From: Perna viridis
Lineage: Eukaryota
Length of the DNA: 64,000 bases
Direction: 5' to 3'
Assembly: GCA_037379345.1 (NCBI GenBank)
Contig: CM074518.1
Location: 16,120,001-16,184,000, forward strand
Positions 51,791-64,000 of the stretch are shown piece after piece. A program made the position numbers and the translations under genes. Every line of letters begins with the position of its first letter. Within the stretch, counting starts at the first letter, position 1. Below the pieces are notes generated by a model, which was given only the letters and a program-made list of their open reading frames with translations, had not been told where the DNA came from and did not search any database.

Positions 51791-54149
51791 CCGAAATTAA
51801 AATACTAGTTACCATTTGACTCATTATACGAATCTTTTCCAGTGCTTAAAAATGAGGAAAATGATAAATTGTTATTACTAAATATAAATCCATAACAATC
51901 ACTTCATTCCTTTTATTGCAATATAAATTATGGTCAGTTCCTTTAAGTTCCTTCCCTAATGGTGGTCATTAGCGAGTATATGTTCTTAGTTGTAGACATA
52001 ACTAGACTTATAATACATCTTTTATTAGTAACCATTACAAAATATATGCTTTTCAAACAGAGAGCCAAAATGGCAACAAACTTGTGAGGAGATTTTTAGA
52101 TGAAAATGTTCAAATATAGATGAGTATTTCATTAAATAATTTATGTTAACATCTTCAAAATAAAAATCTTCCTATAAAAGCAATAATATGAAAATGAACA
52201 ATTGAAATCACAGTTGTTATGAAACTTAATCGACATTCCATTTCTCTTTGAACAATACTTTTCTCACCGTTTATTCAACCTATCAAAATATATATAGTTT
52301 GACCCTTAATTTAGGTACGAAGCGTCAGCGAATTCCTACATATACCGGTATATATTATCTGGCAAAACATGTATGGCTCAAAATCTTTCTGTCGAGTGTC
52401 ATGTTTTTCAAAGATGACGCCAGCAGTTGTGTGTGATTGTTTTAACGTTAAACGCTAACGCACAGCGTTAAAACAGGTCTCACAGATTCCGGTCGTCGAG
52501 TCATCAGCGATATAACAACATAGCGTTGAGTCATTAACAAAGTGATATGCTTATCTCCGTCCTTCATATGCACAGCCTAACTTCATATGTGCGTAATATG
52601 CCACGAGTTATACCATTTATTAAATATTAATGCAAGCATTCTACTCTCGCATTGTTAATCCTTGTCTTTTGCGGTATTTGTTGTCACATTAGTTCCAATT
52701 GAAAAACCCAAGTACTTAAACATATAAATCAGTTGTAACCTATGTGTTGTTTGTGGTTTTTATTGCTTTATTTTATTTTTTATTTGGTTATTTTGTTTGC
52801 TTGGTTTTTAATTTGTCTATTTTTGTTTCTATTCGTATATTTTGTTTTGCAATAAATGTATATAAATGTTGTCAACTTCTAAATGGTTTTGAGAGGCTGT
52901 TTTAGTTTGTATTACACTCCAAAGAGTATTGATTCGTCTACTTTGTCAGGCAGTAAGTGATTATGGTAAAATAAATCTAGTTTTTTTAGGACTGGACTGT
53001 TATTAGAGGTAGGTATTTTGTGCCATTTTTCTTTAAATCATTTTACATCTCTACTTCTTAACTCCTTTCTTGATGCCAATTCAATTACAAAAAAGAACAA
53101 TGAAAGTCTGCACCTTTATCTATCGACAAACTTAATGTGACAATAAACAATACTAGATTCAGACGGATACATAAATTTTGTGTCATTCTGAGAATACAAC
53201 GAATATGTATTTGATTTCGTTTAATGAAAAAGGAATATACATATTAGAACTGATACAAATTGAATATTTACACAGTATCATGATTTATTTTTGTTTCTTT
53301 TTGCTCTTTGTTTATTTTGTTTTGTTTTGTTTTGTTTTTTTTTTGTTGCCTTTACTGTTTCGTTTGTGTTTTGTTTGTATTTTAATTTATTCTTTACTCT
53401 CTAAACATAATTTTGTATATTGATATTGTGAATTATTCCCAGAAAGCTTGTACACATCAGGCCAACGTTGGCGAGTTGTTGGTACGCTTGGCAACTTGTT
53501 GGTGTTGGCATGCCATTAATTGTATAAAACACCGTTTCTATTTCTGTGCATTATACACATATAAAACGTATCAAACAAGTATTTACATATATGTATGTCC
53601 TCCCTTAGCACCAAATGTTTTCCTTCAAAAAATGAATGATTTTGGAAAAAATAGCTATATAATAAAGAATGATTATAATAGTTTAATTTAGGAAGACGAT
53701 CTAAAACAATGCAATTAAATGTAATAAAAAGGTTTGTATAATCGATAGTCTTTTTACAGCACAGTTCCCATTAATATCTTCTTGGGTGTGGTGTATTTAC
53801 TTTATACTGGAAGTAGCTTAAAGATAATTAAGGGCCATTGTTTTCATGATAATTTCTTTGACGTGTCCATGTTTCATTATGCTGCCAGAGCTTGCTTTCA
53901 ATTAAATGTGTAAACTTAAGAACTTATATATGCTTCGATTGGTAATCCTAATCTTTGTAAAAGCATATTTGTAGAAACAGCAGAGCAAAACTCGGTTTAC
54001 TACCAAGTCTTATTTAACAACTGACTGGACATTTATCACTAATTAATCTTGGTGATAACCAGTGGTAAATATTTATTTTGTGTTATATAAGACAACCATA
54101 GCATTTAGTCTCCATGAATAATTTCGTTATATAATAGATATATTTTTTT

Positions 54150-54371
54150 TATAACTACACTCTCCAACGGAGAGATAGTGGAAAATCATAAATCTGTGTT
54201 ATCCTCTTTTGGTCTCTCCAACAAAGACGATGATTGTGATTTACCGTCAATATACTGGATTCCTAAACTCCACAAGAATCCATACACATATTAATAGTAC
54301 ATTTTTTCGTTAATTTTAGGACTCTTAACATTGATCTACCATTAATTTTTGAACGTAAATACAACAACAAC

Positions 54372-54415
<44 letters not shown>

Positions 54416-55757
54416 AGCTAGATCGGCAAAATCTACAGCTGACAAAGAGGGTCTCGCCTCTAGTCTTACCACAACACTTGTTACAACCGTAGAGGTATTA
54501 ATTCAATGTTGATCCTGAAAAAATCGAAAGATCTTTTGGAGACCGTCAATTCAAGATTATTATCAGAATATAATAGCATTAAAACCCAGGTTTATTCAAC
54601 ACTGTATACTTCTTTTCCCTATACTCAGTTAAAATCCAGACTCAAAAACATTATACATCGTTGTTTCTCAAAAAAAAAAAAAATATGGTACACCTAGATA
54701 CAAATATACAATTCTAGGTAAAGATTCCTCATACTTTGTGAAAAATAATTCCAAATCATCTTCCAACTATACAGATGAAGATGTTTTCAAAATGCTAGAA
54801 TTTTCGATTAACAACACATTTGCCAAAGTGGTGGACGCGTTTTTCAACAAACGGTCGGCATTACAATTGGAACAAATTGTGCTCCTCTACTTGCTGACCT
54901 ATTCATTCGCTCTTATGAGGCTGACTTTATTGCAGATCTGATCCGAAAGAAAGAACATCGTTTATCGGTTAGCTAGATCCGTTAATCTCAGTTTCCGCTA
55001 TATATAGATGACGTGTCATCGTTAAACAACCCTAGTTTCGGGGATTTGATACATCGCATCTACTCCCAAAGAACTTGAGATAAAGGATACTACAGACACT
55101 CTGACGTCAGCCTCATATCTTGACCTACACTAAGGTAGATCGATGGTAAGGAAAACTGTCGACCAAACTTTCCAACAAACGTGATGACTTTTCATTAAAA
55201 ATTACATTCAGAATTGTCAATTTTCCTTTCATCTGTTTCAAGATCCATTCAGCACCTGCGTGTGGAGTTCATTTCACAACTCATACGTTATGCCAGAGCT
55301 TGCCGTAACTATGCAGACTTTTCGTATCACGTTAGACTTTACAATTAGGCTTCTAGAACAGGATGATGTTGCTACAAGATTGAATTCGTCGTTACAAATG
55401 TTTTATGGTCGTCATCTTGAACTCGTGAATCGTTACGGTGTATCCATCTGCACCATGAAAACTGATTTGTTCAATGTGTCATAGGTTTCCTTTCCTCTTT
55501 CGTCCACCCTGAACGTGACTTTTTTATGAGCAACTCGGTCGGTGTTTCAAGAAAAGCAGAGGACGCTTACCCTACCGGTGCACCTAGTCATGCTCCGAGT
55601 TGTTAGTGGAGTTGCTCATTTACTTTTATTACTTTATATGTATTATTTTAGTTATTTATGTTCTTTGTTGTGTTTGTCTGTTTTCCATGTCTGGTCTTTG
55701 TCCCTAGATTACATTCTTTTAACTTCCACTATAATATTGGTTCCCGTGATTACTCTT
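54150..55757 (+). mobile_element. Longest Naiad-type PLE family-1 copy (RT pseudogene plus 3' UTR)
   Basis: TTLSNGEIVENHKSVLSSFG..DLPSIYWIPKLHKNPY; ILKKSKDLLE..STLYT..LKSRL; GGRVFQQTVGITIGTNCAPLLADLF; YIDDV; ends DLFNVS*. Multiple frameshifts. Confidence 0.92.
54290..54415 (+). repeat. Inserted retroposed 3' end with (AAC)n(AAT)n tail; related copy at about 57001-57088
   Basis: TATTAATAGTACA..TTTTCGTTAATTTT..GGACTCTTAACATTGATCT..CCATTAA..GTAAATACAA occurs at both loci; here it interrupts the PLE RT. Confidence 0.75.
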
Positions 55758-58500
55758 AGAAGACATAAGATTACTTAAGAAAACGCCATATACTCAGTAT
55801 GCATTTAAGACGCATGATTGGTCACTCCTTTCTTTTTTTTAGTGATCAGAAGCTACATACTTTGCATTCCGTTAATTGTGCATGTTTGTAGTAATATTCA
55901 TATAAACAGCCAGTCCGAAATCGACAACGAACATTCCTTTTTTCAATGATATCAGATATCATTCTATTTAAAACATAGAACATCGAATTTATGTGACACA
56001 TGATCGGAAGACGATTGTTTCTGGCTTTCTGGATTTTGCCCCGATATTGTCACTTGTTTTTTTTTTTTTTTTTGTTTTGTTTTGCCTGTTCCTTTTGACT
56101 TTGCCTAAAGTTTCGTTTATTTCATTATTACCCTTCATTTTGGTAATTAATGGTTTTCTCTATACTGAAAACTTAAAATTATTCGAGGAAAAACTTATCG
56201 TGTTCCCCCCAGTTTTAACTGTTTATCTCGAAAATTAAAATATCGTGAATATTTTCTTCAAAATTACGATAAGATTTAAGGAATAATTGCGAATTGAAAA
56301 CTGTGCGAAAATGGGTTGATATCAGAAATAGGGGTCACTCAAATTTGCATATTTACAGTATCAAGTTATTTTTCTTTCTCAAATAACTTCTTTCTCATTA
56401 TTTGCCTTCATAATTGTTTCTGTTTAGTAATATTGCATCTAGTTGATAGTATTACCCTATCTCTATAGTATTTCAGATTTAATCGCAGAAAGATATGGTT
56501 TATGTGGGGTTACCTACATCAGAGCATCACTGATGCACTTAATGGTCTATAGGATCCTGTTAACGTTCTTCAATAGTTTCGTCTGCCCTTTTACCAAAGA
56601 AAGAGCTCACTTTATGAAGCGAACAATCAGACACGATGAGAATTGCTAATAAAAAGAGAAATGAAAAAGACAATCAAGTCCGTATCCCAGGGGTAAATTA
56701 GTATGGCGGAAAAAGCATTTATGTGATAAATGATAAAAGTTATTACTGTCACGTTAAAGAAATTTCTCTCTGAAGGCTGTGGTATTTTTCCATTAGCTCC
56801 ATCACAAAAGTCAAACCGATGGTATTAAAGCTTGATAAAGGGTAATAAGTTGTATTAATAATTAAAAAGACAAAGGATGTAACATACAATGATGGACTAA
56901 AACTTGAATTAAGTATATAAAGATCTGTCAATTTTAAACCAAAATCGAAAGCCGTGAATCCCAAAACTGATATTGTCTTATATTCTGTACATGCCTACCG
57001 TATTAATAGTACAACTTTTCGTTAATTTTTGGACTCTTAACATTGATCTGCCATTAACTTTTGAAAGTAAATACAATAATGATAATACATGAGAGCCACA
57101 GTGTCTTAATTAAAACGTTTTATATGACTTAATGGAATAATTTTATGTTTTAGACATCTTTCCATTAATTGCTATTAGTGTTGATAAAACCGTTTCTAGC
57201 TTTTTCTGCTATTTTTAGATCGCGTTAACGTTATTATTACCAAAAATAAGTAAACCTTCATTTTAAACACACGTTCTACGTTTAATTTAATACAGTTATA
57301 TGCATTTTTTTATAATTTTGACAAAAGTATGCTGAAGGTTAGTGTAAGATAATGTTATCAAATTAAAAACACACAAAAAGTACATTCGCTACTAGAACTA
57401 TAAATTTAGTCAGTTTCAACCATTTTCAGTTTCTTAAAATAAATAAAAAAACATAAGAATGTCAAAAGGGTGCATGGTTAACTCGTGGAAGTATAATGCC
57501 TAGACTTCCGTGGTCAACTTAAGTTGAAAATCTTATACATGGTTGTTATGGAGATGGTAATTAAACGGTTAGAGTAGTTATAAAACTGCCTCATCTAGTT
57601 AAATCTGCAATTTAGTCATTATAAGATGTAACTAATGTGATAGACGCACTGGTTTCATAGGGAACAACCGCAGATCCGGCTTACACCCCCTGTATACCAT
57701 TTTATTTAGTAGTTTGCGAAATAGTGAAAATCCATATAAAATGTTTTAAATGCCTACAAATTTATATTCAGTTATATCGGAATCAAGTTCGGTGATGTAA
57801 ATTCAAAGGTATGTTCATTCAAGTTTATCTTTGAGAAAAACTAGGAACATCTATGAACTAGAAATATTTAGTATGATCTAAAGAAGACGGAAAGTGTACG
57901 TAAAGAGACAAAACATGCCGACCAAACAAAACAAAAACAAACAAACAAGCAAACAAACAAACAAAAAAGAAAGAAAACGAAAAAAGAAAGAACGCTAAAA
58001 ATAAAATTAAAATGAAAAATAAAATACATCACACCAGATTAAATAAACGCTTGAGGAACCTGATTTGAGATGCGGCAAAGTTGATCTGTGATAAATAGTG
58101 TAGTTGGGCATCAACCTTCACCTACAACAAAATACACAGTAATACAATACAATTCAAAAGAGATTCAAAAGATATCCCAAAGTTTAAACCGAATAACAAC
58201 TTACTAACTTCTCACAGACGTGTTACTAATCAGGTCACAGGAAATTGAAATAAACTCAATGATTTAAAGAAATCACGGCTTTTAGAATTTTATGAAACCC
58301 AATCCTGATACCTTACACTATCCATCTGTCAGTCAGCCAAATCGAAACTTGCTGAAGTGGACTCCAGTGTACTATAAAAATGTTTCGTTTCATTTCGATG
58401 CATATAGTTTCGTTGTGCTCTTTACCAATACTCCTGGTTCTCGGTTAGGCACTCCCGTTTGATCGATATCAAAATGTACATCATTTTACAGGACCAGTTT

Positions 58501-58662
58501 ATTGATTTGTTGACAAGTCCGTCACACGTGTGACATGGGAACGCAAAAAGTTTAAAGCATATTAGCGTGTAAGTGTTATCCATTGATTTATTGACAAGTC
58601 CGTCACACGTTTGACATTGGAACATAAATGATTTAAAGCACATGGCCTTGTAAGTGTTATCC
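58501..58662. repeat. Two-unit 81-bp tandem repeat
   Basis: ATTGATTT(G/A)TTGACAAGTCCGTCACACGT(G/T)TGACAT..TTTAAAGCA..TGTAAGTGTTATCC occurs twice. Confidence 0.9.
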
Positions 58663-58879
58663 TTTGAAACTTTGCTGGCAAAGATTGAAAAATAATTTCT
58701 TCAGTGTTAATGTAATTCATACTTACTCTGTTCAATAAATGCCATTAATGATCCAGGGGTTAAACATACTAGCCCAGGAGGCTGCCACGGCCACAAGGAA
58801 ATTAAGATTTGAAATGTTACTAGCTATGCAAGATCATCCGGATGCCAAGGGCTATTGCCCAAACTAAGGTTGACTAGCT

Positions 58880-59100
58880 CATCGTTAAATTTGTAGTATG
58901 GGATCACTTGAGTAAGAAGAACATCACTGCTATTTTGAACAAGTCCATAGAAGAGCAGCTAGATACATCAATGAAGGATTTTCAAAAGACAAGTAGTGTC
59001 ATTTCTATGCTACAGAAGTTGGAACTAGAAAGCTTTCTGGAGTGGAGATCCAAGTAGAGAACCAATATGCTGTACAATGTTATTAACAATGATTTAGCTA
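58880..59100 (+). mobile_element. CR1/L2-group LINE RT C-terminal remnant
   Basis: Frameshifted VVWD..KKNI / EQVHRRAARYI / SSVISMLQKLELES..R..MLYNVINN matches the LExVQRRAAR..SVTxML block. Confidence 0.7.
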
Positions 59101-59969
59101 GCGCTCGTCATTTTCGCCTTTTCCAAATGGATTTCATAAATAACAAAATGTTTTAGATTGTTTTCATAAATTAAAATTTGAAAAGTGTAAAATACATTAA
59201 AATTTCCATTCAAAAAGTATCTCAGATAAATTTTCATGACCTTAAATATAAATGTTAAAAACTGTCAATCGAAAGTTACATAATTTCACCTGGCCTTATG
59301 CTCTGACAAGTTTATGACCCCACACTTGGTAATTACCTCGTCAACCAGGTGTGAAATTATACATTCTATTGTTGTTAACCTGGCATCCTTGATATGTGCA
59401 TGGTTAATAATCCTTTAAAATAACAACATTATATCAATTTTTTTATCATTAGGAACACAAAAGATAATCCTAGGGTTCTCACTCGTCTTCAGCCAGTCAT
59501 TTTCGACCGCTGAAAAAGGTTCAAGTTTACTGAGTCAATTCTGATTTTCTGATATAACTTATATATATATCCTTATTTTAATGATTAGTCGTGTTAAACA
59601 ATTTCGATTTTTATTGGATGCTGACTGATATTTACTCCCGTATAAAAACAAACCCTTCACAAACCTCACACATATATGGCTATCTAATTTAGGAATTTAA
59701 GTGCACACATTATATATACAATGTCTCCGATGTGTGTTTGGTCATTTAATGGATTTCAATTAATTTTAACGCAATACTGGACAGTTAGGAAGTATCAATC
59801 AGTGATAAATATTTATTTTACGATTCTCCTTTCATCTTAAACCAAATCACAATGATTACCAACTTCTTGAAATCGACTCATGATCCGGGGTCAAAGATTA
59901 CTAAAGAATTACCACCCAGCAGTAAGACATCATGGAGCAACCATGTACAGTTCGAAATTCTACAGTTGA

Positions 59970-60212
59970 CTATAGCTATGTGACCAAGCTCCTTTTTATC
60001 TGTCTAGTTTCTGCTTTATCGTCTGGTGACTGTGAGAGGGGATTTAGTAATATAATCTGATCAAGACCTATCTTAGGAACAGGCTCAAGATTTCATCAGT
60101 CAATTCTCTTCTAAAGATCTGTCTCCATCCTTCTGATTTGAGGAGTTTTAGGTTGAAGAGGGCTTTTGAGGTGTGGTGTTTGGCAGAGGACAGGAGGACT
60201 TTCTCTTATTAG
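59970..60212 (+). mobile_element. hAT transposase C-terminal dimerisation-domain remnant
   Basis: ALSSGDCERGFSN / NLIKTYLRNRLKISSVNSLLKI..F..KRAFEVW..DRR with one frameshift. Confidence 0.75.
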
Positions 60213-60684
60213 TTGAGTGGCAGGTCATACCATATTAGTAGCTTTTGTCAAATAGTAGCTGTTTTTAGACTGAATGCATCAAAGATTTTTCATGGTGTAA
60301 AAAATCTATTTTTCTTATAGTAACTATTTTATTTTATTATGTAATACAAGTTTTCTTCCAGAAAATAAGTTATTTTGTTGTAACATTTATTATATTTATT
60401 GTTATGCCTGTATCTGTAAACTTAAAATAAATATATTAAGTGTGTTTGTGTCTTTAGTTTATGATACTATTGACTATTTACAAAATTCTGCTGCCCATAA
60501 TATGTCGTTCGCATTGATGTCCATATGGATCCTGCACTGTATTGAAAGATGAAGAATACATGTAATTTCAAGCTAGTGTAAAATTTAACCACTGACCAAT
60601 TAAAGTGTCATTGGAATGAAAGTTTTAGCTTCTTTGAAGAAATGAGAGCCCTGTCATGTTGACTTGATTATTACATTTGTACAT

Positions 60685-61626
60685 CAGTTCTGGAAAACTC
60701 CAAATTCATTATTTTTATTGAATTAGGAGGTAATGGTTACTCATTTCATTAATTCTAGAGCCCAAATTTACCAAAAAATTAATGTATTTTTATATTTCTT
60801 TTTTTTTTATTTTCCCAAAGAGTTTAATGCAAACATCAGTTCTTTGAAATATGAATTTTTTTTACTTGTATGAGAGTGGGAAGTATACATTAAAAGATGA
60901 GATGATCGGTTAGCATTGAACTTTCGGTAATATAGCTGAGAAATGCCTAGTTTCTGAGTTGTTTTGATTGAGAAACACTCGATCTTAAATAGAGCGTATC
61001 TCAACTTTTCTTGATGTTTACACATCTTAGCCGATTGAGGAACTGTTGCGTTACACAACAAAGTTCAAAGTTAAGTTTGTACACAAAACATTACAACACA
61101 AACTCATATGAGCTTTTAAAACAGGCATAGGCTTTGAAACATTCTAAAATGTCAAGTATAAATTATTTAGTAAGTAATGTACAACTGTACAATATGTCAA
61201 AAGATGTGAAGTGGATGTATTTTATCAATCGACCTAAAAGTTTCAGCTCACTAAAATTAGTGATTTTTTAAATTCTGAACCAAGTCCATACATTGAGAAA
61301 ATCATTAATTGATTGGGAATTACATGTAAGTTTAGTAGAGTATTTGCCTGGATGTTGAAAGCAAGCCAGTGGCATAGAATATTTGGCGATTAGTGACTTT
61401 GAAGACTTCTGTAGATAAAATTTGTTTCCGCAGGTAGAACTTAAGAAAATCATCTGCTCTATCCATTGAAAGTTGTTAGACAATGCTGAATCTTATTGAA
61501 AGAATTGAAATAGGTCAAAGTTACCACATTCATTAACCATATATGCATGTAGGCATAAAGATACTAAATTCCTTAAAAGTAACCAAAATTCGATAACATT
61601 AACAAATTTGGAGTTTTCCAGAACTG
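60685..61626. mobile_element. 942-bp non-autonomous TIR transposon
   Basis: Perfect 22-bp TIR CAGTTCTGGAAAACTCCAAATT / AATTTGGAGTTTTCCAGAACTG, flanked on both sides by ACAT. Confidence 0.8.
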
Positions 61627-62029
61627 ACATGTATCCTTTCTTTGAACATCACCAGACCATTTGGCATTATGTTAATAGTCACTTGTGGCTTGATTGCATT
61701 TCTGTGTTCATTATTCTATGTGATGCAGGCAGTTCCAAAATATCTGCCAAAAATAACTTAACTGGGTATTCATGAAATGATAAAAACAAAATCTTAACTG
61801 ATAGTTTCTAACATGTACATGTAGTATAATAATGATTTCTAATGAATATAATGCTTACTCAATGCATCAAAATAAAACACATGTAGACATTGTAAGGCAA
61901 CAGTAAATATGGTGAATAAGTTAATATCTATTGTTGTTTGTAGTTATGTTTGGTCATCAGAACACATGTCGGCCCATTTTCACTAGCCTTCTATAGATTA
62001 GGTTGATTTTCGCTGTTTATGATTGGTTC

Positions 62030-62163
62030 CACATCATTTATTTCTGGGCCTTTTACAACTTGCTTTATTGCTTTATGGTAGGAGTTTTGCCCATCATTGG
62101 TGAAGTGTAGAGGTTTAGTTGTTTGTGGTTTGGCAATCATACCATATCTCCTATTTTTATATT
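62030..62163 (+). repeat. Diverged 3' end of a common bivalve interspersed repeat
   Basis: GGGCCTTTTA..TTGGCAATCATACCATATCTCCTATTTTTAT resembles, from memory, an abundant mussel retroelement tail. Confidence 0.45.
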
Positions 62164-62267
62164 GTCTTTTTTTATATGTATTTAACTCAAATTTTATGTT
62201 TCTTTTACAGTTGTAAAGCTAAAAAAAACTATAAATACTGGACATATACATGTAGTTGGTGAATACT

Positions 62268-62475
62268 ATGGAATCTCTAGGGTCTGTGCAACAGAAAATT
62301 TCCTGTGTATTTGAAACATCAGTTTTAGAAGAACAGTCAAACAAAAGATCCTATCAACAGTATAAGGTTGTGGCCATTGATAATATTAAACAGAAAGCAT
62401 TAGAAGATAGGATTGGAGATGCTAAGGCTACAGAAAAACTTGATGGAACTTGTGTTTATTTTGCTGAATTTCAAG
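62268..62475 (+). CDS. RLIG1: RNA ligase 1 (C12orf29), first coding exon
   Basis: MESLGSVQQKISCVFETSV..YKVVA..KAL..ATEKLDGTCVY matches vertebrate C12orf29 (MKRLGSVQRKMPCVF..PTEKVDGTCCY) and has ligase motif I, KxDG. The upstream acceptor tcttttacag at 62210 implies a 5' UTR exon. Donor G|gtatat, phase 1. Confidence 0.93.
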
Positions 62476-63102
62476 GTATATAATCATGTTGATGTAAAAT
62501 GTACATGTATATGTACATGTACACGTATCTTAATCAACTTTACAAATGGTGAACTTGATTTTGATCTTTTGCATAAAGACATAAAGTAGCTCACCTTATT
62601 CATCTAACTCAATAGAACATGTGTCGTTACATGTATATGATACTATAAAAACTAATTTATATATTTAATCAGCATACTGTTTACTGATTACCTATTACTC
62701 CAATTACTGCCATTTAAATACATGTAATGATATATTTGATCATTTTTGATGTTCGCATACATGTATCTTTTACATTAAGCTGCTAATTGATTTGCCAATG
62801 CAGTAACATGTATCGGTATACATGTACGTAGCTTAGTTAAAGTACTTGACACGTGTCAATGAATTTTTATGATCAAACTTTTTAGGATTGTAAGTAATGG
62901 TATGTTCTTAAGAAAATTACAATCCTGATTCAAAACATTGACAAGTTGTGATACATTTGTGTATATCTGTCAATATGTCAATGGGAACACAGTTCATCTG
63001 AAACTGCTGATAGTTTTCCATTTAATTTTGATTCTTTATACTTGATCCTATCTCGCCCAAATTTGGATTTCTTACTAACTTGTATGTAATTGAAACTTTC
63101 AG

Positions 63103-63257
63103 GTAAACCCTGGCTATGGGCAAGGTTAGACAGAAAGCCAAATAAAAACACAGACAAGAAATTCAAGAAGTTTCAACAACAAAAACAGAAATGGAAATCA
63201 GATGGAAAACAAGGAATAGAGCCTACTTTTCAGTGGAATATACAAACAGATTTTAGG
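63103..63257 (+). CDS. RLIG1: RNA ligase 1 (C12orf29), second coding exon; the gene continues beyond the window
   Basis: ctttcag| phase 1: [35 protein letters not shown]|gtatga, matching [29 protein letters not shown]. Confidence 0.93.
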
Positions 63258-64000
63258 GTATGATCAGAAAACTTGTTTTATGTATGACTTCCTTTTTTTT
63301 TTTCTTTTTTTTTATACCCCCATTTTTCAGACGGACATTTTATGGTAAGATATACATTATCATTATGTCTACTTGTTGTAAGGTAACTCATTAATCATAT
63401 GAGCGGTTAGATAATTTTGGTAAGTTGTCATTGAAGAGAACTCTCTTTCATTATTGATTGTTTTCCTCCTATTTTTCATCGTTGTTTGACTTTTGGTGAT
63501 TGAAAAAGAATGACAGCATATCATGTGCAGATGTTAATTCAAGGAATTATTGTTGTATTTTTTTTCTATTTGTAATAACCTTAATCATATGATGCACACT
63601 TAGTAACACTTGTGTAGCTAATTATTTTCAAGTAGGCACCACACACATTGAGATACATGGTCATACATGTATGGAATTTCAAATTGTCAACAAAAAAAAC
63701 CAAACAAAAACAAAAACACAATTTTATGAGTAAATCAGCAATGTTAATTATACCACAATCTCATTTAAAAATGGTGCAAATGAGACAAACAAATCAAAAG
63801 AAATACTACATCCAAAATTAAATATTTAATTTTGAATTTGTACCATTTAAAAAAGAATGAATTTTTGTGCAGAAATATCTTGTGGACAAACAGAATTATG
63901 ATTCCAATTCTAAGATGATTTTTGGATTTGACTAACAAATTTCAAAGGCAGAACCCTTTTGTAAGTTGTTGGTGCTATCAATTTTTCGTTTATTATTCAT

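Larger units (their letters stand above)
50382..52361 (+). repeat. Recent tandem duplication (units 50382-51252 and 51253-52361)
   Basis: Both units start TCAAATCAAGTAAATCAAGAAAGG, end CCTACATATACCGGTATATATT, and are near-identical in between apart from different insertions. Confidence 0.9.

Overview
AT-rich, intron-containing animal DNA, most likely a bivalve mollusc (the repeat families resemble mytilid mussels; this is an inference). It is not prokaryotic, and no CRISPR array, rRNA or tRNA was recognised. Genes: (1) a complete three-exon minus-strand gene (13771->8101) for a 254-aa secreted protein with a signal peptide, an RRLLLNDPD motif, a coiled coil and a short-chain-collagen-C4-like Cys domain; (2) an HtrL/YibB-family gene with an intact large terminal exon (48233-49023), a frame-disrupted upstream exon and two tandem truncated exon copies; (3) the first two coding exons of RLIG1/C12orf29 (RNA ligase 1) at the right edge. 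About 25 fragments of Penelope-like retroelements are present. Their RT ends without a C-terminal endonuclease (Naiad-like). They share a fixed 3' end and a structured, probably pseudoknotted 3' UTR. The 15.6-46.8 kb interval is a diverged triplication of a non-coding block with a strongly conserved double-palindrome element. Paralogous empty sites in the triplication define a 7.8-kb TA-flanked CACTA/EnSpm-like element and a 398-bp fold-back MITE. hAT, CR1-like LINE, Helentron-type and other MITE remnants also occur. Repeat boundaries were read by eye and are approximate.
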